Source: Candidatus Hydrogenedentota bacterium (lineage in GTDB: Bacteria > Hydrogenedentota > Hydrogenedentia > Hydrogenedentales > SLHB01). Taken from it: a DNA stretch of 20,193 nucleotides. The notes under the pieces were generated by a model, which was given only the letters and a program-made list of their open reading frames with translations, made no database searches and was not told the origin of the DNA. Shown here one piece after another: positions 14,598 through 20,193 of this stretch; positions within the stretch are counted from its first letter, which is position 1, and each line of letters opens with the position of its first letter. The stretch lies in the NCBI GenBank assembly GCA_034408725.1, contig JAWXCN010000171.1, forward strand, positions 1 to 20,193, given 5' to 3'. A program made the translations under genes and the position numbers.

Positions 14598-14671
14598 TCT
14601 CCGCATCTCCTGCGGACATTATAACTCATTTTCACCGCAAGGCAATATTCACCGCACAAAGCGCGGCGAAT
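14596..14671 (-). promoter_or_regulatory. fic promoter with two palindromic operators and a half-site
   Basis: TTGCCT-N16-TATAAT on the minus strand (14645-14618). Palindromes ATTCTCCGCA-N5-TGCGGACAT (14596-14619) and ATTCACCGCA-N5-CGCGGCGAAT (14647-14671); half-site TTCACCGCA at 14631. Confidence 0.7.
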
Positions 14672-14734
14672 AGGCCACCAAAGCATGGACTAGCAATGGA
14701 AACGTTGCCGGACGGAACATCCGCCTGTATTTGG

Positions 14735-15595
14735 TCACGACACTCGTCCTTCCGCGCCAAGATACTTTCCCGGAACGCGGGTCATCGGATACTCGCCGAA
14801 CTCCTCCGCGCGTTCGATGCACTCCGGAATTGCGCCTTCCCACCAACTGGGCACGCTCGGCCATGGAAAGACGCCATGCCATTGCAGCAGTAACGTTCTC
14901 CGGTGATCCGTTGTGTTGGCATGCGCCGCGTGCAACAGCCGCGCATCATTGATCACGAGGTCACCCGCTTTGACCGGGAGATCAATCGCTTCGGGATGGT
15001 CCGCGAATACGGGGTGCGACGTTTCCAGCGCCTGGATTTCAGGGCCATGCGCCGGCGGCAAGATATCGTGCAAGGGTAGACGGCACCGATGGCTGCCGGG
15101 AATCGCGCGCAGACACCCATTCTCGACCGTTGTATCGACAAGGTAGTAGGACAGAAAAACCCGCGTCGGCCACGGAAGTCCCGCTTTGGGATGGTCCCAC
15201 TCCATAAAATCCTGGTGCCAATACAGTGCGGGGCCGTGCGCCGGCTTGCTGAGGATTAAAACCGTATCATCGGCTTCTGCGCCCTCAAAGCCGAGCAAGC
15301 GATACGCCTCGCGGGCCGCCGATAAATCCACCAATTCGTCCACCAGCGGCGACCACAACCCCTGGTCAGGCCGATGCAAGTCGTCCCGCTCGTACCGCCG
15401 CCGCGAATTGACGTGGAAATCACTGCCCTGATACTTCGTATCAGGATTCAACGGCACGCGATCCAACACGGCGTCGCTATACGCTACCCACCGTTCCAAC
15501 AGCGATCCGTGCAGCACGCCGGGCACGATGCAAAACCCATCGCCGACCAACTGCTTTCGCTTTGCCATTGCGGCTTCTGGAGAGAGCACAGTCAT
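14735..15595 (-). CDS. Phytanoyl-CoA dioxygenase (PhyH) family Fe(II)/2-oxoglutarate oxygenase
   Basis: DGFCIVPGV, LYWHQD (HxD), TVENGCLRAIPGSH, VKAGDLVI...LLHAAHANTTDHRR. Start moved to ATG 15595, which has AAGGAG 6 nt upstream. Confidence 0.93.
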   Translation of the reverse strand: MTVLSPEAAMAKRKQLVGDGFCIVPGVLHGSLLERWVAYSDAVLDRVPLNPDTKYQGSDFHVNSRRRYERDDLHRPDQGLWSPLVDELVDLSAAREAYRLLGFEGAEADDTVLILSKPAHGPALYWHQDFMEWDHPKAGLPWPTRVFLSYYLVDTTVENGCLRAIPGSHRCRLPLHDILPPAHGPEIQALETSHPVFADHPEAIDLPVKAGDLVINDARLLHAAHANTTDHRRTLLLQWHGVFPWPSVPSWWEGAIPECIERAEEFGEYPMTRVPGKYLGAEGRVS

Positions 15596-15933
15596 CAATG
15601 ACTCCTTCATCGGACAATGGTACGGATGCGGGAACACTCTGGCAAACAAACCTGTTCTTTACAGTAACGGTGTCTGGGATGTAAAGTATTAACGGTGCGG
15701 GGTAATTTCCAAAGTCTTGACGTATTCGCAGTATTCGTTTTTTGACCATTTATTTGTCAAAACTGACTAATACTACGCAATAATGACGGTTGTTTTTCGT
15801 GCTTCACGATTCTCATTCGCTATAAACAGGTGCAGGGTGACGATTTATAAAATGCGACATTTGCTGGCACGGTCCTTGATGTTATTCCTGTCATGGGACG
15901 TGACGGCTCCCAAATCGAAAATCGCGGGGTCAA

Positions 15934-18900
15934 ATGTCGCGTTATAATCGACATATAGGGTCAAGTGCCCTAACCATTTGTGGCATAATCTTTTATGCCT
16001 CGTCCAGTTACGCCCTGACCGCTGGATTATCACTCTCCATGCCCATCCTCGAAGGCCTACGTGCGCACAACCCGTACCCGCCAGGCTTTCAGGAGTCTAC
16101 TATCTATCAAGGCTCTTACCTGCCTACGGCGATTCGTTTCGCACCGGACGGACGCTATTTTGTCGCCGAAAAATATGGACGTGTGCTGGCTTTCGACAGC
16201 GTAAATGATTCCACGTTTACTATAGTGCACGAGTTTGGCGCTCCCGTCTGGACGTTTCATGATCACGGATTACTCGGGATGGCGGTTGATCCCGAATTCC
16301 CGGTCCGCCCCTATCTCTACGTGTCATACACCATGCGCGGAAAGCCGGGCGGCCGTCTGTCCCGGATTCAGATCAACCCCGCCACAAACCAGAAAGTGGG
16401 CAACGAGCTCGTCATCCTTGAGGGATGGTGCGCGGTCTATCCCAGTCATTCCATGGGTGACTTGCACTTTGGGCCGGACGGCTCGTTGTACATGACCTAT
16501 GGCGACGGCGCGAGTTTCAGCTTTCTCGATTGGGGCCAGGATGAACCCTATAACTCTGACAACAGCCCCGCCGGACCCTGCGGTTGCAACGACCCCGCAC
16601 TCGAGGGCGGCGCGCTGCGCAGCCAGGATTTCCGCACCACCGGCGACGCGCTTCAATTCAACGGCGCATTGATTCGCATTAATCCGGATACCGGCGAAGC
16701 AATGCCGGACAATCCGCTTATTGGTGGTAATCCCGCCGACGATCGCATGCTCGCCTATGGGTTCCGCAATCCTTTCCGGTTCACAATTCATCCCGTAACG
16801 GGAGACGTATTCGTTTGTGATGTCGGCTGGAATTCGTGGGAAGAGATCAACCGCGTCGAAACTCCGCTAATCGGACCCATTCCCAATTTCGGATGGCCGT
16901 GCTACGAAGGTCCCGGCCCGCAGCCGGGATACTCGGGCGCGAATTTGCCGATCTGCACGGCCCTATACAACGATGGCTCCGTGACAGCTCCGTTCTACGC
17001 CTATCAACATAACAACGGCAGTTCGGCCACCGGCGCCGCCGTGTACATGGGCGGCGAATATCCGGCCGAATATGAAGGCGCGCTGTTTTGGGGAGACTAT
17101 TCCAAAGCCACCATCAAAGCGATGTTGCCGGATGTCAACGGAAACCCCGATCCCAACAACGTTATCACCTTCGCAGATTCGGAGGTCCACCCCGTCGATC
17201 TTCAGGTTGGCCCCAACGGCGATTTATTCTATATCGATATCAGTGCCGGCGCGGTCAGGCGCATTCAGTATTTTCAAACCAACCATCCGCCCGTCGCGGC
17301 CGTGGAATCCGATCTGACGAGCGGTCCGTCCCCGTTGACGGTCCAGTTTAGCGGCGCGCAGTCGCACGATGACGACCCTGGGGATGTCATAACTTTCGAG
17401 TGGGACTTCGACAACGACGGCGATTTCTCCGATTCAACGGACATCGAACCCGCCATCTCATTCCCTTCCATCGGCAATTATCCCGTCAGCCTGAAGGTCA
17501 CTGATCTCGAAGGTCTTTTCGACATTGACACCATCCTTATCGCAGTGGACAACGGCCCGCCCGTCGCCACAATCCTCGAACCGCTCTCGTCGTTGACCTG
17601 GCGCGTCGGCGATGTTATTGACTTTGACGGTGAAGGCAATGATCCCGATTCCGGCGCGATGGACCCCGAAACATTCATGTGGGAATTAATTCTGCTGCAT
17701 TGCGCAACGCCCGCACTCGAAGATTGCCACGAGCATACAATCAACACCATCTTCGGCGAATCCACGGGGACCTTTACCGCCGTCGAACACGAATGGCCCA
17801 CGTATCTTCGTATACGGCTTACCACAACCGAGCCTGAAGCCTCTGGGCTTTCAGACACGGATTCCGTGTTGCTCGAACCGGAAACAGTCACTATTTCCCT
17901 CGCAACACAACCTCCGGGACTCCAGACCTCGATTTACGCGGCGAGCAACCCTTCGCCGTGGAGCAGGACTGCAATCATCAACGACATCACAACCATCACC
18001 GCGGGAACGCCTCAGATTCAAGGCGACATAAAATATTCGTTTGCATCCTGGTCCGACAGCGGTCTCTCCGCGCACAACATCCATATTCCGGACACCGACA
18101 CGACCTACACCGCAACGTATAGCGCGAACAACCGGCCCGTTCTCGCGCCAATAGGCAACAAGAACGTCAACGAGGGCCAGTCGCTTCAATTTATAGTATC
18201 GGGAACAGACACCGATGGCGCGCCGCCAACATTCTCGATGTCCAACGGCCCAGCGACCGCAACCCTCACCAATCACGGAAACGGCACAGCGACATTTTTG
18301 TGGCAAACGGACTACGAAGATCAGGGCACGCTTGCCAACGTAACATTCGCCGCCCGCGACGCCAATGACGCCACATGGACCGACACCGAAGTGATCGCCG
18401 TAACTGTCGGCAATGTGAACCCCCCGCCGGTCCTTGCCGCGATCGGCAACAAATCAGTCAATGAAAACGCGCTGTTGCAATTCTTGATCTCCGCGTCGGA
18501 TACCGACGGCACGACCCCCACGCTATCGGCAACAAACCTGCCCGCGGGCGCGTCCGTCAACAACAATGGCGACGGCACTGCTTCGTTCTCCTGGACGCCG
18601 GATTTCACTGATGCCGGCCCGCACTCCGTCACGTTTACCGCAACCGACACTGGCGCTCCGCCGCTCACCGATTCCGAAACGGTCACGATTACCGTAAACA
18701 ACGTCAATCGACCGCCGGTACTCGTAGACATTCCAAACAAAACAGTCGATGAAAACGCCTTGCTCCAGTTTACCGTTAACGCCAGCGATCCGGACGGCAC
18801 ATCTCCATCGCTGAACGCCTCGAACCTGCCCACCGGCGCGACATTCGTCAATCACGGCAACGGCACCGCGACATTTGCCTGGACGCCGAATTACTCTAAG

Positions 18901-20172
18901 GCCGGGGTCTACGCCAATATATCCGTCACTGCGTCTGACGGCGGTACTCCCGTTCTGACCGATAGCGATACGTTCTCCATCGCCGTGAATGACGTGAACC
19001 GCGCGCCTGTTGTGGGTTCTATCACCGACAAGACAGTCGACGAGAATGAAATCCTGCAGGTCAATGTGTCCGCGGTCGATCCGGATGGACCGACGCCCGG
19101 CCTCAGCGCATCAAATCTTCCGCAAGGCGCGACGTTTGCAGATAATGGTAACGGCACGGGCACCTTCGTCTGGCAAACCAACTACGAAGATGCTGGCCTT
19201 CATTCCGGCATAACCATCACCGCGGTGGATGCCCTGGATTCGGCATTGACCCACCAGGTCTCGTTCTCCGTCACTGTCGAACCCGTGAATCGCAAGCCGG
19301 TCCTCGCCAACATTCTCAACATCACCGCAACAGAAAATGAGCTTATCGAGTTCGTTGTCACCGCGACCGATCCGGATGGCAATCCGGTTACGCTCGCCGC
19401 TACGAATCTTCCCGCCGGCGGGACCTTCACTGACGGCGGTAATGGCGCCGGTACGTTTTCCTGGCAAACGGCCCATGACGCATCCAACGGTTCTCCGTAC
19501 ACCGTTGGATTCACTGCGAGCGATGGCGTTGATTCGGACGTCGATTCCTGCGTGATTACGATCAATAACGTCAATCTGCCTGTCACGCTCGATCCCATCG
19601 GAAACAAGTCTGCCGTCGAAGGCGAATTGCTGGCGTTTAACGTCACGGGTTCTGATCCCGATGGCGCGCTCGACATCGTCGCCAGCAATCTGCCACTTGG
19701 CGCGGCCGTCATCACTGTACAAAACGGGACTATCGCATTCAATTGGATTCCAGACTATGCCGCTGCGGACAATTCTCCCTATAGCGTGACGTTCACCGCA
19801 ACGGATGGCGACACGCAACAAGCCGAAACGATCGAAATTTCAGTTGCGGACGCCGATGCGCCAGGCACGATTTCGGTTGTTCGTCCAAAAACTGGAACGG
19901 ATTACGTCCCCGGCTCGGACAATATCAAAATCAAATGGTCCACCACGGGCGAAGTTGGAGAAAAAATCATCATCGAGTTGTGGCGTAAAGGCGCATTCGT
20001 AAACAAGGTTAAAACCACAAAGAACGACGGCAAATTGGGCTGGGACGTTCCGCTCAACACGCCCACCGGCAACGGCTACACGATTCGCATTCGCTCGAAG
20101 AGCAACCCATTGATCGTAGGCGAGAGCACCGGTACATTTAAGATATCCAAAGCTAAACAGTCCCGAAAATAA
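15934..20172 (+). CDS. Large secreted protein: GSDH/PQQ-dependent sugar dehydrogenase-like beta-propeller, PKD domain(s), six Ig/cadherin-like repeats and a C-terminal beta-sandwich
   Basis: Signal peptide ending SSSYA. Propeller motifs PTAIRFAPDGRYFVAEK, DHGLLGMAVDPEF, HSMGDLHFGPDG, AYGFRNPFRF, DVGWNSWEEIN, NFGWPCYEG. PKD motif SGPSPLTVQFSG...FEWDFDNDG. Repeats start N(R/P)xPVL..IxNK.V.E. Confidence 0.93.
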   Translation: MSRYNRHIGSSALTICGIIFYASSSYALTAGLSLSMPILEGLRAHNPYPPGFQESTIYQGSYLPTAIRFAPDGRYFVAEKYGRVLAFDSVNDSTFTIVHEFGAPVWTFHDHGLLGMAVDPEFPVRPYLYVSYTMRGKPGGRLSRIQINPATNQKVGNELVILEGWCAVYPSHSMGDLHFGPDGSLYMTYGDGASFSFLDWGQDEPYNSDNSPAGPCGCNDPALEGGALRSQDFRTTGDALQFNGALIRINPDTGEAMPDNPLIGGNPADDRMLAYGFRNPFRFTIHPVTGDVFVCDVGWNSWEEINRVETPLIGPIPNFGWPCYEGPGPQPGYSGANLPICTALYNDGSVTAPFYAYQHNNGSSATGAAVYMGGEYPAEYEGALFWGDYSKATIKAMLPDVNGNPDPNNVITFADSEVHPVDLQVGPNGDLFYIDISAGAVRRIQYFQTNHPPVAAVESDLTSGPSPLTVQFSGAQSHDDDPGDVITFEWDFDNDGDFSDSTDIEPAISFPSIGNYPVSLKVTDLEGLFDIDTILIAVDNGPPVATILEPLSSLTWRVGDVIDFDGEGNDPDSGAMDPETFMWELILLHCATPALEDCHEHTINTIFGESTGTFTAVEHEWPTYLRIRLTTTEPEASGLSDTDSVLLEPETVTISLATQPPGLQTSIYAASNPSPWSRTAIINDITTITAGTPQIQGDIKYSFASWSDSGLSAHNIHIPDTDTTYTATYSANNRPVLAPIGNKNVNEGQSLQFIVSGTDTDGAPPTFSMSNGPATATLTNHGNGTATFLWQTDYEDQGTLANVTFAARDANDATWTDTEVIAVTVGNVNPPPVLAAIGNKSVNENALLQFLISASDTDGTTPTLSATNLPAGASVNNNGDGTASFSWTPDFTDAGPHSVTFTATDTGAPPLTDSETVTITVNNVNRPPVLVDIPNKTVDENALLQFTVNASDPDGTSPSLNASNLPTGATFVNHGNGTATFAWTPNYSKAGVYANISVTASDGGTPVLTDSDTFSIAVNDVNRAPVVGSITDKTVDENEILQVNVSAVDPDGPTPGLSASNLPQGATFADNGNGTGTFVWQTNYEDAGLHSGITITAVDALDSALTHQVSFSVTVEPVNRKPVLANILNITATENELIEFVVTATDPDGNPVTLAATNLPAGGTFTDGGNGAGTFSWQTAHDASNGSPYTVGFTASDGVDSDVDSCVITINNVNLPVTLDPIGNKSAVEGELLAFNVTGSDPDGALDIVASNLPLGAAVITVQNGTIAFNWIPDYAAADNSPYSVTFTATDGDTQQAETIEISVADADAPGTISVVRPKTGTDYVPGSDNIKIKWSTTGEVGEKIIIELWRKGAFVNKVKTTKNDGKLGWDVPLNTPTGNGYTIRIRSKSNPLIVGESTGTFKISKAKQSRK
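18127..19850 (+). repeat. Six tandem ~95-aa Ig-like repeats within the large protein
   Basis: Units start NRPVLAPIGNK, NPPPVLAAIGNK, NRPPVLVDIPNK, NRAPVVGSITDK, NRKPVLANILNI and NLPVTLDPIGNK. Most share D.DG...NLP.GA....GNGT.TF.W. The end coordinate is approximate. Confidence 0.85.
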
Positions 20173-20193
20173 TCGCGCGCCGCCGGTGTGGCC

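Overview
Bacterial, moderately GC-rich window. Both ends carry ordinary genes. On the left are a frameshifted TMTC-like GT-C membrane glycosyltransferase, an RND permease plus MFP pair and a TetR regulator. On the right are a PhyH-family dioxygenase and a 1412-aa secreted GSDH/PKD/Ig-repeat protein. Between them (about 6690-14670) is a patchwork accessory island. It contains: a GGAG-type REP-like hairpin; the 3' end (RT tail, DV, DVI) of a group II intron; an N-terminally truncated Rhs/YD gene with a ~170-aa lectin-like domain inserted in the YD shell and a Cys-rich HEXXH C-terminal toxin; an exported candidate immunity protein; a second decayed Rhs fragment; and a Fic/DUF4172 gene with palindromic operators. 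It also holds a segment bracketed by inverted ATAGGGGACAGCCACCTA-type REPs, with a broken RAYT (HUH Y1 transposase), a GT2 glycosyltransferase, a ThuA-like lipoprotein and a 38-aa peptide gene missing from the ORF track. That peptide gene has a near-consensus sigma70 promoter and RBS and ends 25 nt upstream of the GT2. The best candidates for something new are the peptide-GT2 operon, the lectin-inserted Rhs with its metalloprotease/inhibitor pair, and the REP-bounded cargo segment. All family assignments come from reading motifs by eye; no searches were run.
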